The position numbers and the translations under genes are program-made. From the NCBI RefSeq assembly GCF_009834535.1, contig NC_045696.1, positions 2,978,001 to 3,042,000 on the forward strand: a stretch of DNA of 64,000 nt, in the 5' to 3' direction. Under the pieces are notes generated by a model. It did not search any database and had not been told where the DNA came from. It was given only the letters and a program-made list of their open reading frames with translations. Below are positions 25,660 to 37,470 of the stretch, piece after piece. Every line of letters starts with the position of its first letter. Position 1 is the first letter of the stretch. The stretch is from Camelus ferus. Lineage: Eukaryota.

Positions 25660-26930
25660 GTTAAGTAAAAATTTTACTTTAGAGCCGTTTTAGCTTCACA
25701 GAAAGATGGCAGATGCACGCAGGGTTCTCATGGTCCCTGCGCCAGGTCCCCGTTACCAGCATCCTTCCCGCTACGCTCGCCGCAGCTCCTGAACAGGTAC
25801 TTTACTCATACCTGAAGCCCAGACTTTACTCAGACATTCTTTTCTTTTTTCCTTTTTCCCTTCTTTTCTAGGTTCCCAGCCAGGAAACCGCATTACACCA
25901 GTCGCCCTGCCTCTCTGGGCTCCTCCGGGCGGTGACAGCTTCTCAGACTTCCCTGGTTTTGATGCTTTTGAGAGTTTCGAGGAGGACTGGCCCTGTGGGA
26001 TGCCCCCCCTTGGGGTCTACCTGACGTTCTTCTCACGACTGGAGGGGTGTGGGCTCTGGGAGGGAGACCACGGTGGTGCAGGGCCTTACTCATCACCTCC
26101 TGCCCGGCGTCCGGGCATCAACACGCTGCGTCCCCGTTGGCGCTGACCGTGACCCTGGCGGAGGTGGGGCTGTGGGTTTCTCCCGGGAGGTTGCTGTGTG
26201 TCCCCTCCCCACACTGCCCTCCTCGGGAGCACAGTCGTGCACAGCCCGGGCAGAGGGGCTGCTTGAATCCTTCTGAATTCTCCACAGGGGAAATCTGCCT
26301 CTTCCCTGCAATGTATTTGTTTATTCAACTATTTTTATTTATAGCTGAATGGACTCATGGATATTTATTTTATTCTTTGGGTTGTAATCCAGTACTACTT
26401 TATGTTTTTGCTCAAACTGTCCCCACCTTGACCATTGGGGGCTCTTGCCGTTGGCTCTTGTGTCCCTGTGACGTTCCTCTTCCTTCCTTCTGTCCTTCCT
26501 CTCTCTCTCTCTTTCTTTCGCACTTCCCTGCTTTCTGGGACCACAAGACATTCCAGCTCATCTTGTACGTTTCCGGCCCTGGTCTTAGACTCGGCCGTCT
26601 CCCCCAGGGCGTCCTGGTTTCTTCGACTGGAGAACAGTATTAGGAACCAACACCTGGTGCTGGGTGTGCGCACTGGCACTGTTACTGGGGTCGTTGCTTC
26701 TAGGCCCTGGCAGCTGACCAAGCAAGGCAACACCTGTGTGTATGCTGACCTGCGTGTACACACCCATAAATATTCTCACATGCAATCTCTGTATCTGTGT
26801 TGAGTCAAATGTGATCATATTGGTATCTTCCATGCTGGTCCACTGCCCCCCTCTTGCTTGTCTGTTACCTCCCACTCCCACAGTGAGACAGCTGGCCCAC
26901 CCCCCGCCACCGTCACTGGTTCAATTCCAG
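25660..26930 (-). mobile_element. L1MC/L1MD-like 3' region
   Basis: ATGGACTCATGGATATTTATTTTATTCTTTGGGTTGTAATCCAGTACTAC...GCTCAAACTGTCCC...TTCCAGCTCATCTTGTA...GTTGCTTCTAGGCCCT. Confidence 0.8.
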
Positions 26931-28108
26931 GATCCATGTGCACAAGGCTGAGAGGCCCAGCCGGGGTGGGCAGGCTCTCAGGGCCTGGCCATCCAGACGC
27001 AGAGGTGAGGAAGGGCCAGAAGGGTGTCTGGCTGGGGTAACCGGTGTACTCTGGGAGCTGCCCGCTCTGAGCTCCAGGACCCTGGCCGCAGAGCCATCCA
27101 GGCTCCCTGACCTGGAGGCTGAGGCCCCACGGCGTTTGAGGAGTTAATCTGCTGCTGCGGAATCCACAGACCATCGAGCTGCTTCCATAGGGGGCCTGGA
27201 CCGCTGCTCATTTCCTCCTCCCCGAGGGCAGAACGCAGTGGCTGCAGAAAGACCCAGATGACAAGAGGGATATTTTGATGAGCATGTTGTGCGCGGGAGG
27301 CAAGAAGCACGTACGGCTGGACAAACCGCCGGAGGCTGCGCGGGAATGAACATAGACACAGGAGAGGGACCAGACCGGCCCAGGAAGATCTTAACCCCAG
27401 GGAGGGCATATGAGGAACAGACTTTCCTCGTGCTGGAGGAGGAAGAGCAGGGGTTAGTTTTGAATTAAGCACTGACCCTCTCGATGAGAAGCCTGAGGTT
27501 GAAACAGTGACTTCAAAGCAAAATGTTGAAAGGTGGCCCTGGTCTTGTCCTTCAACCAAAGTGACCTGGCAAGCCAGACCAGGTAGCTGGGCAGGGCTTC
27601 CAGGGCCCCCCAGTGAGACCGATGCCTTTATAAGTGCTCAACGCGGGGCCTGCTTCCGGAACAGGTCTCCCCGGGTGGCACTGAAGCCCTTTCTGTCACT
27701 TTGTCCTCCCCAGAGGGCATCTGAGTCTGGGGCAGGCTACCTGCCGGCTGTGGTTGTCCACGCTGCGGCCAGGAGCCCTTCTGTCTGTGCTTCGCGGGGC
27801 AGCAGAGTTGGCCCAAGTATTTTGCTCAAAAGTAGCCTGACCCTGTCAGGGGTGTGGGGTGTTCCTGAATACCTGGCCCTGTGGGTCAGTGTTCTGTTGA
27901 CATGTTCGTAGATTGCTGGGAGAGTGCAGAAGACTCTGCCCCCAACACTTGTCTGAACGCAGCCGAGACGGCGCCACCCCGCGGCCCCTGGTCCTTTCCC
28001 CATGGGGGAGACGTTGTGTCTTGGCAGAGCTTGCAAGTGAGGTCACAGAGCTCAGGGCTTGATCGTTCTGGGAAGCAGGTGTGAGTCATCAGAGATGGCT
28101 TCCCTCAA

Positions 28109-28165
28109 GTGTGTGCGTGTGTGTGTGCGTGTGTCTGTGTGTGTGGGCATGTGTGCGTGCACGCA
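28109..28165. repeat. Degenerate (TG)n microsatellite
   Basis: Directly visible. Confidence 0.85.
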
Positions 28166-29236
28166 CTCTGTACAATCCTATTCACAGCGCCGTTGTGCAC
28201 CGAGGGACCCCACACAATCCCTCTCAGGGACCTGCTGATTAGCTGGATCCCACGCACAAGACACAGGCAGCCTCCAACGCCAACTCCATGCAAACCTCGT
28301 CACAGCAGCCTACGAGAACACCCCAGCCTCCAACAGTCTAGAAATAGTCATTTTTACGATTTTGTACCCCAGACTGATTCTTTTAAGGGATGCTGTTCTC
28401 AGGAGCATGGGTTCCGTGTCGCTGTGTGTGATAAAAGTACCAGCCTATGACGCTCCCACGTGCACCCCCTGGTGATCAGGTTGGTTTTACACGTTGGCCT
28501 GCCACCCACTTTCTAGCTCTAAAAAAGAAAAGAAAACGGTGTGGGAAATGGCACAAAACTGGAGCCTCTGTGGAAACACTCCCCCGCGGAGCCGTGGTGT
28601 CTGCAGGGCGCTGCTGCCGGCGACACGCGGTGCGCTGGGGCGGGTGGGGATCACCATCGGCGTCGGTGGGAGACTTAGTCAGACGGAGGATTCATCACTC
28701 CGTGGAATAAATACCTAGTTATCTGACTGCCTGGGAACGTCTCCTGTGGCTGATGAGCGGTCCTGCAGCACAACGCTAATGAATCACCGTTACATCGTTT
28801 GGCCGCCTCCTAGAGCAAGGAGAAGCGCCGCCTTAGAGTAAACAAGGTGGAACCCAGAGCAGCTGCTCCGGAGGCCTCTGTGCTCGTGCTTTGCTGAAAG
28901 TGGGGGGCAAATATGAAAAACGGCGACAATCCGTGACCACGTCCCTGCCTGCCTGCCTCGCGTGGGTGTGAAAACGTCCACACCCTCTGGGCCCTCTGTC
29001 AGAGCAGAGCTACTCTGCAGCGGTGAGGGGGTGAGCCGTGGTGACTCATAAGAGGCAAAGGCCTCTCCGTCCATGGTCCTTACATCTCAGGGCCCCTGCG
29101 TGCGCTCCAACATGCCATCCCCCAGAAAGGAAGCCAGGGAGGAGTTGAAGATGAGGTCACTGTCCTAAGCCTCGGGCACAGGGTGGAGAGATGCTGGTCC
29201 TGAAAGGGGCAGGAGAATGTACCTCAAATGGAGTTC

Positions 29237-29465
29237 TGGATGGATGCTTGGATGTTGGATGGATAGGGGCAGGGGAGCTCGCATGGATGTACGTATGTAC
29301 GGGGGACGGGGGACGGGAGGGGTGCGGGGGTGCTCGCGTGGATGTACGTCTGTACGGGGGGGTGGGTGATGGGAGGGGTGTGGGGGTGCTTGTGTGGATG
29401 TACGTACGTACGGGGGGCGGATGACGGGACGGGTGCGGGGGTGCTTAGACGTATGGATGGATGAA
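29237..29465. repeat. G-rich minisatellite of about 55-56 bp (about 3 copies) flanked by (GGAT)n
   Basis: GGATGTACGT recurs at 29285, 29340 and 29396, each followed by G tracts and GGGGGTGCT. Confidence 0.85.
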
Positions 29466-29699
29466 TTAATACATAAAGATGTTTGGTTTTGGTTGGGCAA
29501 AAGTCAGCACATTCCATCACAAGTCCAGTGGGCAGGTGGACACACAGTCACTGGGCACTTGTTTTGTGATAGGCACCGTTCTGGGTGTTCAGAACACAGG
29601 GATCCTGCCTGCATGAGGCTTCCCTCTAGGGAGTGGGGACACTGTGGTTGTAAGAGTCGGGAAGGCCTCTGAGGAGGCGGCACTGACTTGGGGCTTAAT

Positions 29700-30150
29700 G
29701 AAGACGGGCTGTCCCTGAGCAGGTGGGGCCGGGCCTTCCAGCACAGGGACAGCTGTAGTGGGAACAGCCTGGTGGCTGTGCGGGCATCCCCCAGGCTGGC
29801 AGGGCTGCACTGTTGCGCTGTGGGGCTGCCTGTGTGGTCCTCTCTCCATTCCTCTTTTCGCCTGTCCTGGGCACGTGGACATGCCACCAGGCCCCGTCTT
29901 CTGGCTTCTGGTTGGGGACTTAGGGGAAGGGAAGGCAGCCCCCCCCCCGTCGTCTCCGTGACTGAAGGTCACTGCTCTGCTCAACGCGGCCTGCTGCACG
30001 CGGTCTCCTTCCAGTGTCCTCGTCCACGCGCCCCCGCCCCCCGGTCCAGGGTGGGGACAGCTCCACTGCTGTGGCCTCCGGGGCTTCTGTCTCGGAGGTT
30101 TCCCTTTGCCCTGCTCCCCGTCCCCTATTATAAAGCATCCTGACCGATAA
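29700..30150 (+). mobile_element. Probable ERVL-class LTR
   Basis: Ends GGTTTCCCTTTGCCCTGC...CCCTATTATAAA...CCTGACCGATA and is followed by GTACTAGAAGTGG, resembling the LTR/internal junction of ERVL elements. Subfamily not assignable. Confidence 0.4.
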
Positions 30151-32200
30151 GGTAGTACTAGAAGTGGCCTGGAGTTAAACAGGTCCTCAGAGTGGGGCTG
30201 GGGCTGGGGTTGGGGGGGATCATAAACTCAGGATAGTCTCCCTGCCAGGGACACGGGACGTGGGGACACAGGTATAATAGCATCTCAGTGATTCCCGCCA
30301 TCCCGAGGCGGCGGAACCTGGAGCGCAGATGGAGGTGAATCACTGGGGGAGAAGCCAGGTCACCGTGGTTTCCCAGGGGTGACCGAACAGAGTTCAGTCT
30401 CCAGGCTTCCTTCTACGCAGGGAAAAAGGGAAAATTAAAATGCCCTGGATGCAGTGAAGGCCCAGAGGGGCTGCCGTGGGGGAGCCTCCTGGCCCCTGCA
30501 GCTTCAGGACAACATTGCCAAGACCAGGAATGCGGTCTGGCTGGGAGGCTGATGAGTGAAGTGGCCAGGTCTCTGAAGCCCAGGATGTCACCCCCAGTAG
30601 AGAGTTGGCAAACTCTGGGCTATTTTGGGGGTCACAGCTGGGAGGAGTGCTCCCAGAATCCTGTGGGTAGAGGCCAGGAATGCAGCACCAGACAGCCCCC
30701 AGCAAAGAATGATCTGGCCCAGATGTGAGCAGTGCAGAGGCAGGAACCCCCGTGCTGAGATCAGGGCCCAGCGGGGTAAAGAGAGGGACCCGAGACGTGG
30801 GAGGAGGACAGGTGAGTGGAACGTTTTGAGCTTCCAAGTTCCCCAAGCCTCCTCCGCCTGCAGAGAGAGTCCCACCCCTGACTCTTTCCCCAGACCCAGA
30901 ACACCCTCTACACCATGCCCCTGCCAAGCGTGACCCAAGCCCCGCGCTGCACCCCAGGGGAAGGCAGCAGATGCTGGAGACGCGTGGGGTGGAGACTCAG
31001 AACACAAGCCCGTGTGACTCACCTGTGTCAGATGGACCCCAGAGTGTGACACTGGGTTTTCTCGAACTCAGTCAGTGGTGATGTGGCTGTGGTCCAGAGC
31101 TGCATCCTTACTGGAGGAAGTCAGTCCAGCCTCCGGCAGCAGCTACATGGCTCTGCCTGGAGAACGTTTCTCTGTTCTGATCAGGAAGGAGAGTCACAAG
31201 CCGTCTGGACGTACGTGGCAGGGTGGCGGGTCCACACGGCTCCTCCACGTGGTGTTCCATCCACCAAGGCAGTCTGGCTCTCCCACTGTTCAGTGTGGCT
31301 CTCGACCACTGCCGAGTTACCCGTGTCCCCCAGCGGGGACATCAGCCCCATCCCTCACGGAGGGGCAGCACTATGTCCTCACGGGGATGAGAAGGTTGGC
31401 CTGCCTTCCCTCAGTCCTCCCGCCAGCACCACCCCTCCTGGACTCACGGGGCCTCCCCCGTCACGGCAGGATGCACACTGCATCACCTCCGACGGCCAAG
31501 AGGTCGTGCAGCTGGGAAGGGCTGCACCCCCAGAAGAGATCGCTGGAGACCACGTGCCCCACCGTGACCGTGGCGATGCACAAGCGATTCCACTGCAGGG
31601 AGGTTTCTGTAGGAAGACCAGCCCCGAGCAGCCTGAATGGCACCAGGAAACCAAGTGAGCAGTGGCTCAGACTCCGGGCCAGTCTCTCTGTCTCCACGTC
31701 TCCCTCCGCCCACACCTGTGGCCACTTAATGGAGAATCCTCGGCCTAGGCCTCCTTCAGGGAGGGGCCTACGAGTCTGCTTTGCCAGCAGGGAGTCATGG
31801 CCAGTGCGCTGCACTCAAGGTGTGACCCTAGAAGACATTGATGACAGGGTCTTGGTGGGCGGGACTCCACAGACGCACCTGGCTGTCGTCCATGCCACTC
31901 GAATGTGATGCCCAAGGGAGATTCATGGAGCGGGAGGCACAAAAGTGTCAGCCCTTCTGCTAGATACGTGGAAGGAACTCAGGTGGAAAACTGGTGATGA
32001 GATGGGAGACACTGGTGGGTCTCGTGGATGGACAAGGGTGACCATATTTGGGGCCCACATCAAGACCCACTGAGGCCCAGGGATGGTGTGACTGAAGTGG
32101 CTGTCTCCGTGGGCCACCGGCCTCTTGATCAGAGAGGCACCGTCCCATGCTCCGGCCACCCCTCCGGCCTGTCCTCCCCGGGGCCGTGCCCAGTCACTCA
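30150..32200 (+). mobile_element. Degenerate ERVL/MaLR-type internal region (gag- and pol-derived remnants)
   Basis: Peptide remnants EGQHYVLTGM (cf. ERVL integrase KGQRFVLTGI) and STTPPGLT...HCITSD (cf. KTTIRGLT...HSIASD). RNase H-region DNA GCACCTGGCTGT...GATTCATGG...TGGAAAACTGGTGA. Confidence 0.6.
30565..30752 (+). mobile_element. MER20 (hAT) DNA transposon
   Basis: TTGGCAAACTCTGG...GTCACAGCTGGG...GTGGGTAGAGGCCAGGAATGC...ACAGCCCCCAGCAAAGAATGATCTGGCCC matches MER20. Confidence 0.85.
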
Positions 32201-33585
32201 CACTCAGGCCCTGAGCTCCCCTGGTCACTGTCCTGGCTGGACCGCCCCGTTCCTGCCTTTCCCCTGGGTGACTCCCGCCTCCCTCGGGTCTCAGCCTGGG
32301 CAGCCCCGCAAGGTGCCTGCTGTCCCGGGGCCCTCAGGTGCTTCCCCGGCACCTGCAGCAGGCCCCTGAGGCGGCGAGATGCCACGGCGGGGAAGGCCTC
32401 AGCTCGGTGCCCCCACCACCGGCCATGGTCAGAAGTGACGGTCAGAGGATGAGGGCGGCCTTGCACTTTGACCATCGTGACGACTGGAGCTAGTGTGTTC
32501 GTGCCACACACACTGTGCTTGGCTGGGGTGGGGACACCTCCCAAGAAACTGGTGTGGAGAGGGCGCGGGGGGCGGTGTCCTTTGGAATCTAGGGCAGACG
32601 GACAGAAGGACAGAGGGCTGCAGGGAGGGCTGCGTGCAAGGTGGGAGATCCTGGCAGAGCTGAGGCCGGGAAGGGGCTGCTGAAGAGGGAGCTGAAGAGG
32701 AGGCAGGAGATGGTTGCACAGAAGATCCACACCCTGAGCCTGCCTCTCCCAGGTTAAGCGCCCCCACGCCCGGCCCGGGAACTCCGTAGAGGCCTTGCGC
32801 AGAGCACCCTGTGACTTACGAGTGTCGTGGATGGTGGGCTCCTGTCTGCACCTGCCTTGTCGTGTTACATGCGAGAGTTTCGGCACACTCATGGTTGGCT
32901 TCTGTACAGAACACAACTCAGAAACTGGCTTTGGTTTTAAACAGTAATCTTCATTTTTTATCAAACTTGAGACTTTGATAATAAGTTCTTCCTTATAGTT
33001 AACTTCCAGCTCGTATTTATAAGTTTGGTAACCAGAGGCCGTTTTAATAGGCCTTGAGTAATAGAAGCATATGTTGAACACTTTCAAATATTTTAAACTG
33101 CGTAGTGTAGCAAACTTAATTTTCTTAGCAAGTGCTTCAGTGAATGAGTAACAAACCAACGTTTACCATTGATCTAATTACCTAAGAAATCAGCTTTGTA
33201 AGCATGGTGATTCTCAAGTTCTCTTAAATGTTTCAGTATCAAAAATACATTTAGTAAAATTTCTATTTAATATCCCAAGTCCAAATCAATTACTCCTGTA
33301 TTAACTGAAAGAAAAAACAAGGCGGGGCTTCTATGGTGATGGACCAAATTATGAATAGGCAAAACTTCGACTATTCATACATCCCTTAACTTGAACGTAT
33401 TTAGGCTCTGAGTTTGATTTCCTTAAAATTTCTGTACCTAATTCCAAATACGTCTGATGTTGAAGGGTCCTAGGAAGTGAACCCTAAAAGGCCACTGTGG
33501 ACACGACGGTGTAGCCCCAGACTCCCTGGGGCGGTGGAGTCTCGCCCTCCTGCAGCTGCGTGTGGCTGTCTATACTGCCCAGGAT

Positions 33586-33650
33586 GCCACGTGAGTTATT
33601 TGTGACAGCACGTTTGCACGTGTAGAACCCCTCTTATTCTATAAAAGGGG
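33586..33650 (+). promoter_or_regulatory. Candidate TATA promoter with two E-boxes
   Basis: CACGTG at 33588 and 33617; TATAAAAG at 33640-33647. Motif evidence only. Confidence 0.3.
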
Positions 33651-34299
33651 TGGTTTCATGACAAAAATCCTTTATTTTAAATCCTTGTTTTCACATCCCA
33701 AAGATTGAAACTGCTTATGACACAATTTTTCTGTCCACGCACAGAGCCATCGCTTCCCGCCGAGACGGCTGGGCTCCCCTCCAGTCTTCGGTGGACCTGC
33801 CTCTCCTGGGCGCTCAAGGTGTCGTCAGGAAGACTTCCAAATATGCGCAAAGTAGAGTGCGCAGTGACCCCGCTGCCTCCACCTGTAATTTCCATTCACG
33901 TGAGGTATTTAGATCTTACCTACTTCCACTGAGCTTTTCACATTCACAGAGCCCTGTGTTTCCTCCACAACCTTTCTTCTTCCACCCTTACAGACATTGA
34001 GGTGGCGTACGAGCCAGTTCTGGGCTTCCCTCCTGCTTTTATTTTTCCCTATTTGGTTACAGTTTCTAAAATGCAGGGAGGACTTGATCGTGGAAAATAT
34101 CTGAAACATCTTAAGACAAGAGAGGAGAGAAAAGGGTATAAAATGGTGGACAAATGGAAAGCAAATAGTGAGAGGGCTGTCGCAGCCCAAATCTCCTAGA
34201 GTTTATTGAATTAGATGAACAATGTCTAAAACGGTAACAGAGGAAAAAAACATCCATCACACGAGCGTGATGAAACCTAAAGACAGTTTCCACTTTCTG

Positions 34300-34900
34300 C
34301 TGCGCGGAAACCTGCCCCTCGGCTTTGGGTAGGTCCTTCCCCTTGAAAACCACCACCATTTCTTTGTCTGGAGCGGGTGAGGCGGGGAGGTCCCGACCCT
34401 CTGAGGCCCGAGCCTGGTCTGGACCTCAGCTGGGAGATGCTGGAAGTGAGCAAACACGTGCAGCTGCGGGTGGGGGTGAGGCAAGTGCGGGGGGGGGGGG
34501 GGGAGGCGACGAGCGCGTGGAGCCCTCTGATTGGAGGGTTAGGAGGAGGGCGGGAGCGCATCATTGTGGGAGGAGCACCCACGGGGCTGCTCCTCCCCCT
34601 GCTCCCGTCCAGGCACCGGCACCGAAGAAGCAAAGGCGAGCCAGGGCGGCGCGCGCCAGAGCTGGATGGAGCCGCTCACGGCCGGGAGCAGGTAGCAGGG
34701 GAAGTGCGACCCCGCTCCGCCCCGAGAGAGGACTCCTCGCTGCCCCCCACCCGAGGCCCTCAGCGGACCTCCTCCTCCGACCCGCTCGTGCTCACGGAGC
34801 TCGGACCCGGACGCTTTTTCCGCATCTCCTTTCTGGGATGATTCTGTTTCATAGACTCTCAGCAGCCGCTGCCTCTCCGCCACGGCTTTGAAAGCTCACA
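34300..34900 (+). promoter_or_regulatory. Intergenic CpG-island-like element (candidate lncRNA promoter or enhancer)
   Basis: High CpG density, inverted CCAAT (CTGATTGG, ATTGG at 34530), GC box at 34548 and a G15 run. Confidence 0.5.
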
Positions 34901-35691
34901 TTTCATCGCAGGGACCTCGGAAATGAGATGGGAAGTTGCCCCGTCAGCCTCTTGGGAGCAGCCTTGTCCCGTGTGCAGGGAAGGTTGCTCACCTTGGACA
35001 CACCTCGTGGAGACTGAAAAGGCCGCCGTGGGCAGATCGTCCTTCACTGCTCGCCCGGCGTTTCATCCACCTCGACCGTCAGACACCGAGTGCTGAGCGG
35101 ACAGGGACTCGGTCAGTGGCCACCCCTGCTGGACCCTGCCTCCTAAGCAGTCCAGCCCAGTAAATGGTGGCTGAGGAACTGAACACATGGAGCAAAAGAT
35201 GAATCACTCAGGGACCCTAGAAAGCACAGTGCGGCTCTGATGGAAACCAAGCCACCCCCACTGTCCCTCTCACGGGGGCTCTGCGGCACGCGTGGCCCTG
35301 TCAGCATCCCTCACCTGAAGGGGGAGGAGGGCCGGCTCCAGGAAGGAGGGGCCCGTGTGCTGAGTGTCCCACCTCCAGGACCTGATGGTGGCGGGCAGTG
35401 ACCCCGCCCCTGGGCCACACCTGCATCACCATAAAGGTGCTGGATTTACTCCTCTCTCAGGACCCTTTCAACGCCCCAGTCTGTGTCCATCTGTGAGTCA
35501 GCTGTCATTTGGGCCCAGAGTGGCCGGGCTGCTGGGTTTTGCAGGTGGTGGGGTGACAGTATCAGAAAGGTGGCAGAGCCAGACGTGGGGAAGTCTAAGT
35601 CACCTGCCTGATGACCTCGCCTTCACGAGGTAGTGAGGAGACCCTGGCAGGGAGAGTGACGCGGCCGGGGTGCACCTTGGACGGCTTGGGT

Positions 35692-35952
35692 TACTCATGG
35701 TTTCCAAAGGGGAAGGGGGGTGGGATAAACTAGGAGTTTGGGATTAGCAGATACACACTACTGTGTACAAAACAGATAAACAACAAGGACCTACCATACA
35801 GCACAGGGAACTACATTCAGTGTCCTGTAATGACCTATAATGAGAAAGAACATGAGAAAGAACCCACATACATAAACGCGTAACTGAAACACTGTGCTGC
35901 GCACCAGCTGTCGCCCGTCGCTGTGGCTCAACTAAGCTGCAGTTAAAAAAGA
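35692..35952 (+). mobile_element. Cetartiodactyl L1 3' UTR fragment
   Basis: GGGATAAACTAGGAGTTTGGGATTAGCAGATACACACTACT...AAACAACAAGGACCTAC..TACAGCACAGGGAACTA; homologous to about 2490-2750. Confidence 0.9.
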
Positions 35953-36336
35953 GAAGTGCCCCCCGGGGGGTGCAGGCAGTAGACACGCAGCGCTCTGAGG
36001 CGGGAGGAGTTCCCCGCCCTTCTCAACAGAAACGTGCGGTTTGAAACAAACTAGCAAACCAACCAACAAACGGCTTCCAGCCCAGCAGGTCAAAGCCTGT
36101 TCCTCCTGGACTGGGGGTGGGGAGGCCCTGTCGCCATCCAGGAGGTGTCTCCCATCCAGTCACTCTCTCAGGCCACAGTGACCTGCCTTCCTCAGGCTCC
36201 TTGATGCACAAGGGTAAGTGTGGGACCGGGACACGGGGTAAATTCTGGGTTCCGCAGGCGCCCCTTAGGCTATGCAAGGGGACACAGTCACCCCATTTTA
36301 CTGTCAGCCGTAATCCTCCCCGACTTCTCCACCAAA

Positions 36337-36440
36337 GACCCCTGCAGCAGGGACACTCCCACTGCAGCAGAAACTCTCCCACCGCAGCAGGGACCCTCCC
36401 ACCACAGCAGAGACCCTCCCACCGCAGCAGGGACCCCCAC
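36337..36440. repeat. 20-bp minisatellite, about 5 copies (CCCACCGCAGCAGGGACCCT)
   Basis: CAGCAG recurs every 20 bp. Confidence 0.92.
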
Positions 36441-37470
36441 CTCGTGAAGACAGTGGGACGGCTGCGCCTGGACCTGCAGCCCCAGAATCCAGAGCAGGGA
36501 GGCTCTTCACTTCTCACCTTCAGGCTCTTTTTCCCTGTAGGACGGGGCTGATTTGGGATCCCTGCCCTGGACTCCGTCCTGTGTCCCACCCCGTGTCACC
36601 TGGGCTCTTGACTGCCCCAGGGTTCCTGTCCTGATGGCCCCAGAGACCGCAGCTCCCAGTCAGTCGTCCTGTCCTTGGTGGGGTTTGTTTGGGGGCCGTT
36701 CCCCAAGGGCGGGGCTGGAGGAGGGAGTGGCCCATGTGGGGGGACCCCCTGACCCCCCCACTGGTGACAACCCGCTTAGACTCATGAGTGGCAGCTGCTT
36801 CCAGATGGTACATTTCTGCTGCTTCTCTGCAGATCCTGCCCGGCGGGGGGCCCACTGCAGAGGATGCGAGGAGCCCTCTCCTGGGATAGAAAGGAGTGTT
36901 GCCGCCTCAGCGCCGGGAACGGCCGTGCTGGGGACGCCAACCGCCTTGCCGACGGCGCCCCGGCTGCCCCTCAGCACTGCCCAGGCCCGAGGGTCCGCGT
37001 CCCCGGCGCTTCCACCACCAGAGGCGCGGCGGGCCGTGTGTGCGGGACCGGGTCCTGCACCCCCACAGGGCTGGGAGGCCCGGTCCCTGGGCCAGGCTTC
37101 TGCGGGGTCCGCGGGCACCCAGCCCACAAACCGGGCTCCTCTGGCGCAGCGGGGCTGTGGCGGGCAGCTTGTCCGCTGGAGGGTGTAGTGTCAGCTTAGT
37201 TTTGTGACCAGCACGGGCGTCTGTGCCACACGAAATTTCACCTTATAATTGATAGATACGAAAAACAGCCATTTTACTATCCTGGCCTGGAAAAGAAACG
37301 ATAGCTTCTCACGTGAAGTAGGCTAAACTAGTTCAAGAACTTCAGAAGTCGATATTTTAATTCAAGCAAAGATATTTGGAGGGATGCGTTTCAGAGCTGG
37401 GTGAAGCTGAGGCCAGGAGACCCTTTGTGAGGGCTCCGAGTCCTCAGTACAGAAAAGTCCTCCGGGCCAA

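Noticed and set aside
31075..31908. 277-aa ORF as a domesticated retroviral gene
   Set aside because: Integrase similarity is split across frames, and no intact catalytic core is visible.
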